A stretch of DNA of 64,000 nt. Source: an uncultured Methylomirabilota bacterium (GTDB lineage Bacteria; Methylomirabilota; Methylomirabilia; Methylomirabilales; 2-02-FULL-66-22). A program made the position numbers and the translations under genes. This document shows positions 45,123 through 56,987 of this stretch, piece by piece. The stretch's first letter is position 1, and each line of letters starts with the position of its first letter. The DNA lies in assembly GCA_963845565.1 (NCBI GenBank), contig CAWJSJ010000002.1:2400001-2464000 (forward strand), read 5' to 3'. The notes under the pieces are model-generated. The model had not been told where the DNA came from, made no database searches, and worked only from the letters and a program-made list of their open reading frames with translations.

Positions 45123-45956
45123 CTACCCTGCGAAGCATTGTCTGCCGCCGTCCACGCGGATAATCTGGCCACTGATGTAGCTGGCCCCCGGGGAGGCCAG
45201 GAAGGCAACGGTGTGGGCGACCTCGGCCGGCCGACCGTATCGCTCCAGGGTGCCTTCCTCCACTAGCATCGCGTCATTGATGGGGCGGCTGGCTGCGAAG
45301 CGGGAGGTAATGATGTCACCCGGCGCGATGGCGTTCACGGTGACGTTGTGGGAGCGCAACTGCGTCGCCAGGCAGCGGGTGTATTCGTGCACGGCAGCCT
45401 TGGCGGTGGCGTAGATGGCCCCCAGCTCGAACCCTGCCAGGCCTGCGATGCTGCCGATGGTGACGATGCGGCCGCTCTTGCGGGCGATCATCTCCGGTGC
45501 CACCTCCCGACAGACGAAGAGGCAGGTCATGAGGTTTCGGTCGAGGACCGAGCGAAGATCCTCACCGGAGATGAAGACCGCGTCATTCTTGATGGGTCTG
45601 CCCGCCTGAGGGGCACCCGTCCCGCCCGCTCCGATGTCTCCTCCCGCGCAGTTGACCAGGATGTCTATCCGGCCTAGTGCCGCGCGGACGCTCCGCACCG
45701 CGCCCGCGACCACCATCGGGTCGGCCAGGTCGCCGTGCACCGGGACGATGGCGCTCTTTGTCTCGGCGGCCATATCCCGCGCCACGGCCTCCAGGGAATC
45801 GCCCTCGCCGAAGGCTCGAGCCGAGGTTGGCGTCGTGCCGTGAATGGCCACCGACGCCCCCAGAGTTGCTAGGTGTGCGGCGATGACGCGGCCAATGCCG
45901 CGAGAAGAGCCGGTCACAAATGCCGTCTGTCCCGAGAACATCCTGGTGTCCGCCAT
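45123..45956 (-). CDS. SDR family oxidoreductase
   Basis: [34 protein letters not shown]. Confidence 0.9.
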   Translation of the reverse strand: MADTRMFSGQTAFVTGSSRGIGRVIAAHLATLGASVAIHGTTPTSARAFGEGDSLEAVARDMAAETKSAIVPVHGDLADPMVVAGAVRSVRAALGRIDILVNCAGGDIGAGGTGAPQAGRPIKNDAVFISGEDLRSVLDRNLMTCLFVCREVAPEMIARKSGRIVTIGSIAGLAGFELGAIYATAKAAVHEYTRCLATQLRSHNVTVNAIAPGDIITSRFAASRPINDAMLVEEGTLERYGRPAEVAHTVAFLASPGASYISGQIIRVDGGRQCFAG

Positions 45957-46302
45957 TCCGCTGTCTCCTTGTGTCGAATGATGCCGAGGAAATCCCCGCG
46001 TCCCATGCGCCTGGTGCGGCAGGGCCGAACCGTCGGCGCGTACCGCGCACTGTATACGCAAGCGGGTAGGGCTTCGTCAAGCAGAACCCGCAGCGCCAAG
46101 CCGCGAGTGGTGTCGGGGAAGACGCCGACGGACAGGCGAGATAGGGCGTGCGGAGCGGGGGAAAGGCGGTAGTCTTTGTGGAGCCAGTCCTTGGTGAGGT
46201 CAAAAGGGTGGTAGGGACACTCAACCTCGACCTGGTCCGGGATGACCGGATGCCAGGTCGAGGCTAGGTCAGCACAGGGCCTTTAAGGCCTATCGCCTGA
46301 GA

Positions 46303-48532
<2,230 letters not shown>

Positions 48533-48644
48533 TCAACCGCAGGCGATCCGGAGCGCACTCAGATGGAGACCTCGGGCTTGCGGCGGCCGACTGGCCGTTG
48601 CACCGCGCGTGTCACGCCTCATGGAAACTCGACTGGATCTAGAC

Positions 48645-48659
48645 TTAGACACTGTCCAC
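48645..48659. promoter_or_regulatory. Putative PerR/Fur-type operator upstream of katG
   Basis: TTAGAC-act-GTCCAC imperfect 15-bp palindrome, similar to the site in the regulator's own promoter. Confidence 0.4.
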
Positions 48660-48680
48660 TACTCGACGCAAAAAAAACGC

Positions 48681-49076
48681 CTATCGCCGCCTCCGTCCCC
48701 GCATCACGACCTGGTACTCGCGCACCTCGAACCCATCAACCGTCGCCGCACCCGTGATCTTGACCGCGTTCCAGGGAACGTCAAAGACCTTCCCGGTCTC
48801 GTCGTCGATGAGGTGGTGATGCGGCTCGACATGTGCGTCGAAGACGATGACCCCGTCTTTCAGGGGTTGCAACTTGAGCAACCCCTTTTCGGCGAGGAGA
48901 TTGAGGGTGTTGTAGACTGTCGCGCGCGACAACGTCGGGCAGCGGCGGCGCACCGTTGCCCAGACTTCATCCGCTGTGGGATGGGTATCCGTTTGCAGGA
49001 CGAACTCGGCAACGGCGACTCGTTGCGGAGTGGGCTGAATGCCGTACCCTCTGAGCGTATCCATCGCTTTGTGCAT
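48681..49076 (-). CDS. Fur-family regulator (PerR/FurA-like)
   Basis: TPQR, HPTADEV, SRATVYNTL, HHH; adjacent to katG; no CxxC motifs. Confidence 0.9.
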   Translation of the reverse strand: MHKAMDTLRGYGIQPTPQRVAVAEFVLQTDTHPTADEVWATVRRRCPTLSRATVYNTLNLLAEKGLLKLQPLKDGVIVFDAHVEPHHHLIDDETGKVFDVPWNAVKITGAATVDGFEVREYQVVMRGRRRR

Positions 49077-49083
49077 GACACCT

Positions 49084-49114
49084 TTATAATATGTCTAAAT
49101 TTATATAAAGTCAA
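49084..49114 (-). promoter_or_regulatory. Promoter of the fur-family gene with an overlapping Per-box-like site
   Basis: Minus strand TTGACT-17 bp-TATTAT; TTATAA-tat-GTCTAA at 49084-49098. Confidence 0.6.
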
Positions 49115-49442
49115 TACCAAGAAGGAACAGCGAACGAGCAGTGTGTGGGTTGAAGGGGAAGCGGCCGAATCCTCCCGGACGGGCTTTGCCGCCGTTCCAG
49201 GGGTCTTCGTGCAAGGTTCAACAGTTCGAGTCGCCTCCCCAATGGAGGTGCTTGCAGGCGAGGCCGCCTTCAAGTAGCATCTGCGACAGTGAAAGGCATT
49301 CATGGGTAACACGCAAACCGGATAGACGCGAATCGGCCTGACGGCGTGAGCGATCAAGACGTGTGACGGAAAGGGGGTATGTGGCGCGGCGTCTCAGTTT
49401 GCGGCGTGGCCGGGTCGGTGTCGCGAACACAAGGAGGGAGCC

Positions 49443-50045
49443 ATGAACCTTGCCATGGGGAACAAGAACGTCGTGCTGGGGCTGATCGTGATCGTCGTGT
49501 TTCTCAGCATGAGTATTCACATCGAGCGTAGTGCCAGCCAGCATGCCTTCCACGCCAAGGCGGCCGCGGTGACGGTGGACACGAAGAACACGCCTGACCT
49601 TCTCGACGACCAGATCACCGACGTCCGCAAGGGGCCCGCCTACCGGACCGGCGGGATCTATTTCACCAATTATTACGCGGCGTCGTACGTGCCCGTTCCC
49701 AACAACTTCTACTACACCGCCTACAACATGCGCCTGAACGCCTGGCTCTTCGCGCTCTTCGGCATCGCCGTGGGGTTCATCGTGGGGCTCCAGACCCAGG
49801 CCAGCCTGGCGCTGCGGCAGTGGGCGTCCTGGCTGGCGGTCGCCGCCGTCCTGCTGTATCCGATTCGCGACCTGTATTTCTTCTGGGGCCGCTGGATGAA
49901 TCCGGCGTTCTCGGGCGGGTGGGTGTCACAGGTCGTCTATCCACTGAAGGTGCTCGGCGGTGTCGCCATCGGGGTGGCCCTGCTTCTGGCCTTGGTCGTC
50001 TTTGTGCAAGGGGCCAAGAAGGCACGAGAAGGGGCGAAACCGTAA
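49443..50045 (+). CDS. Hypothetical integral membrane protein (~4 TM)
   Basis: Strong AGGAGG SD, GC3 bias, hydrophobic segments, Tyr/Asn-rich loop. Confidence 0.8.
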   Translation: MNLAMGNKNVVLGLIVIVVFLSMSIHIERSASQHAFHAKAAAVTVDTKNTPDLLDDQITDVRKGPAYRTGGIYFTNYYAASYVPVPNNFYYTAYNMRLNAWLFALFGIAVGFIVGLQTQASLALRQWASWLAVAAVLLYPIRDLYFFWGRWMNPAFSGGWVSQVVYPLKVLGGVAIGVALLLALVVFVQGAKKAREGAKP

Positions 50046-50390
50046 GCGCACGACGCGCTCGGCTCTGTGACCACAAGGGTTGCCGTACGCAGGGGGTAGC
50101 AACCGTCGGGATGTAGCGGAAAGCGTTAGCGGAGGCTTTCGTTAGAATTTAGACCGGCCCGCCCCGAAGTGAACGAGGCGGGCCGTCCTGTCTGCGCGCC
50201 TCAACCCCGCACGGAGATGCGGTGTGCCGCGGCGGCCCTGGCGGCGTCGCCCAGGTATATGCCGTGGCAGACGAGGGCCCACCGCAGGGCATCGTCAAGA
50301 CTTTGGCTTGACGCCGCTAGGCGTCCTGCGGCATGCTGTGGGCGCGTTGTCGTTGCGCCGACGGGAACGAGAGCGCGGAGGAAGACCGCG

Positions 50391-50933
50391 GTGGACTTCG
50401 TCAGAGTTCTGGACACCGTCACCCGTTTTCTGGACGGCCGCGGCTTTCGATACGCCCTGGTGGGCGCTTTCGCCTTGTCCGTGTACGGGTTGAGTCGTGC
50501 CACGCAGGATATCGACTTCGCCGTGGACGCCGAAGCGCGACGCGACCTGGTCTCTCTGCTCGAGTCGTTGGGTTACGAGACCCTGTACTGTTCCGCAGGA
50601 TACTCGAATCACGTCCATCCGCTCTCGGGGCTTGGGCGCGTGGATTTCATTTTTGTCGGTGAACCAACGGCCACGAGCCTCTTCGACAGCGCCACGGCTG
50701 CACCGTTCCTCGGGAGAATCATCCGCGTGCCCAAGCCGGAGCACCTGGCGGCCATGAAGGTGCTGGCCATGAAGAACGACCCGAGCCGCACCTTTCAGGA
50801 GATGGCCGATCTTCAGTTCATCCTGGGCCTGGCCGGGGTGGATGTCGGCGAAATCCGCAATCACTTCGAACGGCATGGCCTTCTGGAGAGATTTGATGAA
50901 CTCCGTAAGATCCTCGACACCGCTGGACCTTGA
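50391..50933 (+). CDS. Nucleotidyltransferase-fold protein (AbiEii/DUF6036-like)
   Basis: YALVGAFAL...RATQDID, LAAMK, D-x-x-D C-terminal motif. Confidence 0.75.
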   Translation: MDFVRVLDTVTRFLDGRGFRYALVGAFALSVYGLSRATQDIDFAVDAEARRDLVSLLESLGYETLYCSAGYSNHVHPLSGLGRVDFIFVGEPTATSLFDSATAAPFLGRIIRVPKPEHLAAMKVLAMKNDPSRTFQEMADLQFILGLAGVDVGEIRNHFERHGLLERFDELRKILDTAGP

Positions 50934-51105
50934 GGCAGGCCTTCGCACGCTCTCGGAAGATGTGCTGGCCCTGCGCCGGGCGAGACGCGGGACGGCGATG
51001 TCGCTGCAGGAATACCTCGACTTTCTCCGGCAGTTCGTCGACCCTCCGGCGGCCGCCCTCAGAGCCCGCCGGGGACCCAGGGGGGACACGCCTTTCCAGC
51101 TCTGA
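50896..51105 (+). CDS. Small hypothetical protein overlapping the nucleotidyltransferase gene
   Basis: 69 aa, EDVLALRR...YLDFL...PFQL; GGAGAG upstream. Confidence 0.55.
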   Translation: MNSVRSSTPLDLEAGLRTLSEDVLALRRARRGTAMSLQEYLDFLRQFVDPPAAALRARRGPRGDTPFQL

Positions 51106-51139
51106 GGCACGTCGCAACACCTCACGCAAGGAGCGCATC

Positions 51140-51886
51140 ATGAGGCACAATCTTGCCAAAACGAAGCTGGCGGCAGGAAAACCGGTCAGTGTGGTGGCGC
51201 CAGGGTACAGCTCGGCCGGGCTGGTCGAGTTGCTGGGACGGATGGGTTTCGACGCGATCTTCATCGATTGCGAGCACGGCTCGGTCGGTTGGGAGGACGT
51301 CGAGCACATGGTCCGCGCAGCCGAGCTTGTCGATGTCACACCGATCGTCCGGGTACAATCGAACGATCACTCAACGATCACCCGGGCGCTTGACCGCGGG
51401 GCCGGCGGGGTGCAGGTGCCCCACATCAACACCCGCGCCCAGGCGGAGGCGGCGATGCGGGCGGCCAAATTCGCTCCCATCGGCCACCGGGGCTACGCCG
51501 GGGGTCGAGCGGCCCTCGGCGTGAAGGGTAATTTCACCGTGCACGCCAATGCGGAAACCATGGTCGTCGCGATGCTGGAAGAGGTCGAGGCGTTGAAGAA
51601 CTTGGACGAGATCCTGAAGGTCGAGCACATCGATGCCTTCTTCATCGCACCGGGCGATCTCGCCCAGTCCATGGGCTTCCCAGGGCAGATGGATCATCCG
51701 GAGGTTCAGGCGGCGGTGCAGGATGCCGTCCGCCGCGTGCGGGCGGCGGGTCGGGCGCCCGGTGTTCTGGCCACCAACGGGGCGAGCGCTCGCCGTCTCC
51801 TCGATCTGGGCGCACTCTTCATCTACGTCGCGATGGCGAGCCTGCTCCAGCCGGGCACGCGGGACTTCCTGGCGGAATTCAAGTGA
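51140..51886 (+). CDS. HpcH/HpaI-family aldolase
   Basis: FIDCEHG, IVRV, LDRGAGGVQVP, KFAPIGHRG, FIAPGDL. Confidence 0.9.
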   Translation: MRHNLAKTKLAAGKPVSVVAPGYSSAGLVELLGRMGFDAIFIDCEHGSVGWEDVEHMVRAAELVDVTPIVRVQSNDHSTITRALDRGAGGVQVPHINTRAQAEAAMRAAKFAPIGHRGYAGGRAALGVKGNFTVHANAETMVVAMLEEVEALKNLDEILKVEHIDAFFIAPGDLAQSMGFPGQMDHPEVQAAVQDAVRRVRAAGRAPGVLATNGASARRLLDLGALFIYVAMASLLQPGTRDFLAEFK

Positions 51887-52069
51887 GGCCGTGAGGGACC
51901 GCAGCGGATCGTCGGCGTGTCCCGTGCGAGTTAGCGACTTGCGGACGTTGGAGGCGGTTCGCCCTTCAAGCTCTTGGCGGGATCGGCGGCGTTCCGGAGT
52001 GCCCCGGTGTCTGGTGCGGCGCGCCCGGCGTGCCGTCGGATGCCCCGGAGTCATGTCGGGGAGCGTCTC

Positions 52070-54328
52070 ATGAAACTCACCTCCGAGATGGTGCTGCGGA
52101 TCGACGAAATCCTGGCGGCCGCCCAAGCACAAGGGCGGAGTACCTTGTACGAGCACGAGGTGTACAGGATTCTCCAGACAATCGGTTTGGGAGTCCCGCG
52201 CCATCGGTTCGTGGGTGATGTTGCCGAGGTCACCGCGGAGGTACTGGCGGGTGTCGGGCACACGGTGATGGTCAAGATCGTCTCGGCGGGGATTCCCCAC
52301 AAGCAGAAGGTCGGGGGGGTCCGGAGGGTCGCCGCCTCGGATTCCCTCTATGTGCAGTTCGTCCTGACGCGGATGCGCGAGGAGGTCCTCTCGCATTTCA
52401 CCCCCGGCGAGGCGCCCGAAATCGCCGGATTTCTTTTGGTGGAGTACGTCCCGCACACGCAGGCCATCGGCTACGAGGTCCTGGTGGGTTTCCGCGAGGA
52501 CGAAGCCTTCGGGCCGGTGCTCACCGTCAGCAAGGGAGGGGACGACGCGGAATTCTTCGCCGCGCATTACGATCCGGCCAATCTCTTCCTCCCGCCCATG
52601 GAGTATCCTGACGCCCTGGCCTTCATGAATTCACTGCACATCCGGCACAAGTTCGCGGAGACCGGCCACCTGGAGTTCCTGGAGCATATGGCCAAGGCGG
52701 TCGCCGGCATGAGTCTGCTGGCGTTTCGGTACTCGCCGATCGCCGCGGAGCCGCGGTTCATCTTCACGTCCTTCGAGGTGAACCCCTTCGTGATCTCGAA
52801 AGACAATCGGTTTGTGGCGCTCGACGGGCTGGCGGAGTTTCGGGCTGTCTCCGCGGCGGACGCGTGGGTTCCCCATGGAAACGCGGCCAATCTCGAGGCC
52901 TTCTTCCGACCGCGGGGCGTTGCCGTGGTCGGGGTGTCGTCCGACTCATCCAGGTACAGCCTGGGGCGGGACATCGCGGCGCTGCTGCACGATCTGGGCC
53001 GGGACGACCTGGTGCTCATCAACCCGAAGGGGGGCGCCGTGCGGTTTGACGGCGCGGTGTACCCCCTCTATCCGAGCCTGGAGGATCTGCCGACCCCCGT
53101 CGACTTGGTCGTGTACGCGGCGCCGGCGCCGAGCGCCCCGGACTTTCTACGGAGCCTGGCAGGAACCAAGGTGAAGGCCGTGATCCTCATTCCCGGCGTG
53201 CTCGCCTCGGTGCCGTACCCGGAGTTTGCGCGCCAGCTTCGCGAGGCCGCGCCGCCGGGCGTGCGGCTCATCGGGCCCAACTGCATGGGGGTCTATGTCG
53301 CGCCGGACCAGGACGCCGCTCTTCCATCGCCGGGCGTCAACACGCTCTTCGTCAACGAGAAGCGCCTGGAGGTGCGTTCCGCCGCGCGGGCCAATGCCGT
53401 CCTGCTCACGCAGAGCGGCGCTCTGGCGGTGACGGCGCTGGATAAACTGCGCGGCTGCCGACCGTTTCGCTCGGTGGTGAGTTTCGGCAACAAGTGCGAC
53501 GTGAACGTGGCCGACTTGCTGGCGTACCTCGAAGGCGACCCGGCCGTGGGCGTGGTGGCCCTCTATGTAGAGGGGTTCAACCCCGGAGAGGGCCGCCGGT
53601 TCTTCGACATGGCCAGGCACATGGATACGCCGATCGTGGCGTACAAGGCGGGCCGGACGCAAGCGGGTGCGCGGTCGGCGGCCGCCCACACGGCGGCGTT
53701 GTCCGGGAGCTACGAGGTGTTCCGGGCTGCCTGCCAGCAGGCGGGCGTCATTCTGGCCGAGACCATCGAGGCGTACTACGATCTGGTGAAGGCGTTCGCG
53801 CTGCTGGCCGGCAAGCCGCCCACGGGGAACCGGATTGCCGGCGTGGTGAACGCGGGGTTCGAAAGCACGGTGGGCGCCGACGAGCTCAAGGGGCTGACGC
53901 AGGCGCAGCTCGCCGCCGCGACCATCGAGCGGCTGAACGCCATCAACAGCTACGGGCTGGTGGATACCTCCTCGCCGTTTCTCGATGTCACCCCCATGGC
54001 CGACGACCGGATGTATGCGGAGTTTGTGGAGGCCGTCATCCGCGACCCCGGGGTCGACTGTGTGTTCGTCGCCGTGGTCCCGCACGCGGTCTCTTTGAAG
54101 ACGGACCCCGAGACGTGCCGGGATCCCGACGGACTGGCAAGCCTGCTGCTGGACCTCGCGGTGGAGTACGGCAAGCCGATGGTCGTTTCGGTGAACGCCG
54201 GCCGGTATTACGCCGATTTCGTCTCGGTCCTCGAGGAGGGCGGACTGCCGGTGTATGCCGACATCCGCTCGGCGATCGCCTCCCTCGACACGTTTGTCTC
54301 GTACCGCCTTGCCAAGGCGCACGCCTGA
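52070..54328 (+). CDS. ADP-forming acyl-CoA synthetase, fused with ATP-grasp domain first
   Basis: HK...GGV, FGPV and EVNP ATP-grasp motifs N-terminal; then VAVVGVS, INP, IGPNCMG, SFGN, and AAHT phospho-His. Confidence 0.85.
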   Translation: MKLTSEMVLRIDEILAAAQAQGRSTLYEHEVYRILQTIGLGVPRHRFVGDVAEVTAEVLAGVGHTVMVKIVSAGIPHKQKVGGVRRVAASDSLYVQFVLTRMREEVLSHFTPGEAPEIAGFLLVEYVPHTQAIGYEVLVGFREDEAFGPVLTVSKGGDDAEFFAAHYDPANLFLPPMEYPDALAFMNSLHIRHKFAETGHLEFLEHMAKAVAGMSLLAFRYSPIAAEPRFIFTSFEVNPFVISKDNRFVALDGLAEFRAVSAADAWVPHGNAANLEAFFRPRGVAVVGVSSDSSRYSLGRDIAALLHDLGRDDLVLINPKGGAVRFDGAVYPLYPSLEDLPTPVDLVVYAAPAPSAPDFLRSLAGTKVKAVILIPGVLASVPYPEFARQLREAAPPGVRLIGPNCMGVYVAPDQDAALPSPGVNTLFVNEKRLEVRSAARANAVLLTQSGALAVTALDKLRGCRPFRSVVSFGNKCDVNVADLLAYLEGDPAVGVVALYVEGFNPGEGRRFFDMARHMDTPIVAYKAGRTQAGARSAAAHTAALSGSYEVFRAACQQAGVILAETIEAYYDLVKAFALLAGKPPTGNRIAGVVNAGFESTVGADELKGLTQAQLAAATIERLNAINSYGLVDTSSPFLDVTPMADDRMYAEFVEAVIRDPGVDCVFVAVVPHAVSLKTDPETCRDPDGLASLLLDLAVEYGKPMVVSVNAGRYYADFVSVLEEGGLPVYADIRSAIASLDTFVSYRLAKAHA

Positions 54329-54540
54329 CCGCACCGAGGGGCGTCACCGCCTGCGCTTGCAGCTGGTCTCCGCCGACACACGGCGGTGTTGCGCTCCCTC
54401 GGCCCGGTCCTGGTATCTCTCTGCAGCGTGTCGCGCGATCCCCGTCCCGTCCGGCGGTACACCGGGCGTGGGGTCGCGTCAGCCTCTGGTGTCCCTCTCC
54501 GGACCGGGGTGCCACAATCGACCAAAGCGCGGAGCTGTCG

Positions 54541-55591
54541 ATGTGCACACGCGAGGTCTGGCTCGTCCGGCGCGCCGGGTCGCTCGACCGGTTGGCGCGG
54601 CATACCGAATCGCTTCCCGATCCGGGGCCGGACGAGGTGCGGGTCGCCATCGAGGCGATCGGCCTCAACTTCGCGGACCTCTTTGCCTGCCTCGGGCTGT
54701 ATTCCGCGACACCGGCGGGCGCCTTCGTCCCCGGGCTCGAGTGCGCGGGCGTGGTGGAGGCCACGGGATCGGGGGAACCTCGGCGGCGCGGCATCGCCCC
54801 AGGCGATCGGGTCATCGGGTTGACTCGTTTCGGTGCGTATGCCACGGCCGTCAATCTTGACGTGCGATACCTGTTTCCGGTCCCGCCAGGGTGGAGTGTC
54901 GTCGAGGCAGCCGCGTTTCCGGTTCAGGCCCTCACGGCCTGGTACGGATTGATCGAACTGGGCGGGCTCGCGCCCGGCGACGCGCTCCTCGTGCACTCCG
55001 CGGCGGGCGGGGTGGGCCTCAACGCGCTCCGGATCGCCGAGGCGACCGGCGCGCGAATCATCGCGACGGTGGGGCGCCCGGCCAAGCGCGATTTTCTGGT
55101 GGAGCGCTGCGGGCTCGCACCCGCCCAGGTGATCGTGCGGGATCGCCGCGGTTTCGGGACGCAACTCGACGATGCACTCGCGGCTCTCGACGTCGACGGC
55201 CTCGACGTCGTCCTCGACGCGATCGCGGGCCCCTTCTTCCGGCCCGCGTACGAGCGATTGCGGCCTGAAGGGCGCCTGGTCCTCTATGGCGCCGCCGATC
55301 TGATGCCGAAGCGGGCGCGGCCGGATTATCTTCGTCTCGCGCTCAAGTACCTGGGCCGCCCGCGGCTGGACCCGCTCCGGATGATCGCGGAGAACAAGAG
55401 CGTGATGGCCTTCAACCTGATCTGGCTCTGGGACCGGGTGGATCGTTTGTCCCAGGCGTATGGCGCGTTGTCCCGTCTGACGCCCCAGTCCGCCGTTCGT
55501 CGGCCGCCGTTTCGCCTTCGCGGACGCGCCTGCGGCGCTCCGCTACCTGCAGAGCGGGGCGAGCATCGGCAAGGTGGTACTGGAGGTCTGA
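54541..55591 (+). CDS. Quinone oxidoreductase/VAT-1-like MDR, frameshift near 55490
   Basis: GLNFAD, PGLECAG, HSAAGGVG; C-terminal SIGKVVLEV* in another frame. Confidence 0.8.
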
Positions 55592-55828
55592 GGTGGGACG
55601 AGGACACCCTACGTGTGTTGTCCGGCGCGCTGTCTCTCGGCTCGAAGGGCACATGCGGTGACAGCCGGGAGCCCGCCCAGCCAGAGGAAACAGTCGCCCG
55701 GCGACACGGCGGCGATGGGTGCCTTGATTCCCAAGGCACGCCTTTTCTTACGGTGCGTCCCAAATGTTGTCGTCTCTCGCCTGAGAGGATAGAGTCGGAA
55801 AGCGGCAAGGAAGCGGAGGAGGGGAAGG

Positions 55829-56416
55829 ATGTGGTCGCGCATCATCGGCTTCGCGGGCGCCGGGCTGGCGCTGGCTGTGTCGGCCATCGGCCCAACCGGG
55901 GCGGAGGAACCGGCCTGGGACGCGTTACGCGGCGGCGGGCAGGTCGTGCTGATCCGGCATACGTCGACGGTGGCCGGTCTCGGGGACCCACCCGGCTTTC
56001 GTCTGGACGACTGTGCCACGCAGCGCAACCTCTCCGAGGCTGGGCGCGCCGAGGCGCGTCGGATCGGGGCCGCCTTTCGGCGGCGCGGGATCCCGGTCGC
56101 CCGAGTCCTGTCCAGCCGTTGGTGCCGATGCCTGGAGACGGCCCGACTGGCGTTCGGGCGCGTGGAGCCCTGGCCGGGTCTGGACTCCTTCTTTGACGAC
56201 CGCGGCCGCGAGCGGGAGCAGACGCGCGCCGCGCTCGCCCTGATGGCCGAGCCGCATGCCGGCGGGAACCTGGTGCTGGTCACGCACCAGGTCAACATCA
56301 CCGCGCTCACCGGGATCGTCCCCGCGATGGGCGAGTTGGTCGTGCTCACGCCGCAAGCGGGCGGAACCGCACGGATCGCGGGCCGTCTTGGCCCGGCGGA
56401 GTTGGCCGACCGCTGA
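55829..56416 (+). CDS. Secreted histidine phosphatase family protein
   Basis: Signal peptide, LIRH, QRNLS, SSRWCRCLET, LVTHQ. Confidence 0.85.
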   Translation: MWSRIIGFAGAGLALAVSAIGPTGAEEPAWDALRGGGQVVLIRHTSTVAGLGDPPGFRLDDCATQRNLSEAGRAEARRIGAAFRRRGIPVARVLSSRWCRCLETARLAFGRVEPWPGLDSFFDDRGREREQTRAALALMAEPHAGGNLVLVTHQVNITALTGIVPAMGELVVLTPQAGGTARIAGRLGPAELADR

Positions 56417-56477
56417 GCGTATCGCTGAGTGTCCTGTGGAGGGTCAAGACCCTCCCCGGTCTGGGAGAGTGAACGGC

Positions 56478-56987
56478 ATGAGTCAACAACATGGTCGCGG
56501 GCCAGAGTTCGATGCCGAGACGGTCGGTTCCGGAGCGACGGACTCCACCTTGCCGGAGCGAATTCGGCAGGTGGTGCAGGGGGAGCCCTACGCGGTTCTC
56601 TCCACCCAGGGGGACGGGCAGCCCTACGCCTCCATCGTGGCGTTCGCGATGGCGGACGACTTCCGGACCGCGGTCTTCGCCACCCCCATCGCCACGCGGA
56701 AGTATCGCCTCTTGACGGGCTGCGATCGCGTCGCGCTCTTGATCGATAACCGCTGCAAGCATCCCGATAACATGATGCGGATCGAAGCCATTACGGCGAC
56801 GGGTCGGGCGATTCCGGTGGAGCGGGACGCGAGCTTCGACCGCTGGTCACGCGTCCTGTTGGCGAAGCACCCGCATCTTGCCGGGTTTGTCGCCTCGCCG
56901 TCCGTGGCGTTGTTTCGCATCGAGATCCTCCGTTTCTTTCACGTCGAGCGATTCCAGGAGGTGCACGAGTGGCGGCCCGGAATGTGA
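56478..56987 (+). CDS. Pyridoxamine 5'-phosphate oxidase-like FMN-binding protein
   Basis: AVLST...PYASIVAF...FAT...TRK split-barrel pattern. Confidence 0.8.
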   Translation: MSQQHGRGPEFDAETVGSGATDSTLPERIRQVVQGEPYAVLSTQGDGQPYASIVAFAMADDFRTAVFATPIATRKYRLLTGCDRVALLIDNRCKHPDNMMRIEAITATGRAIPVERDASFDRWSRVLLAKHPHLAGFVASPSVALFRIEILRFFHVERFQEVHEWRPGM

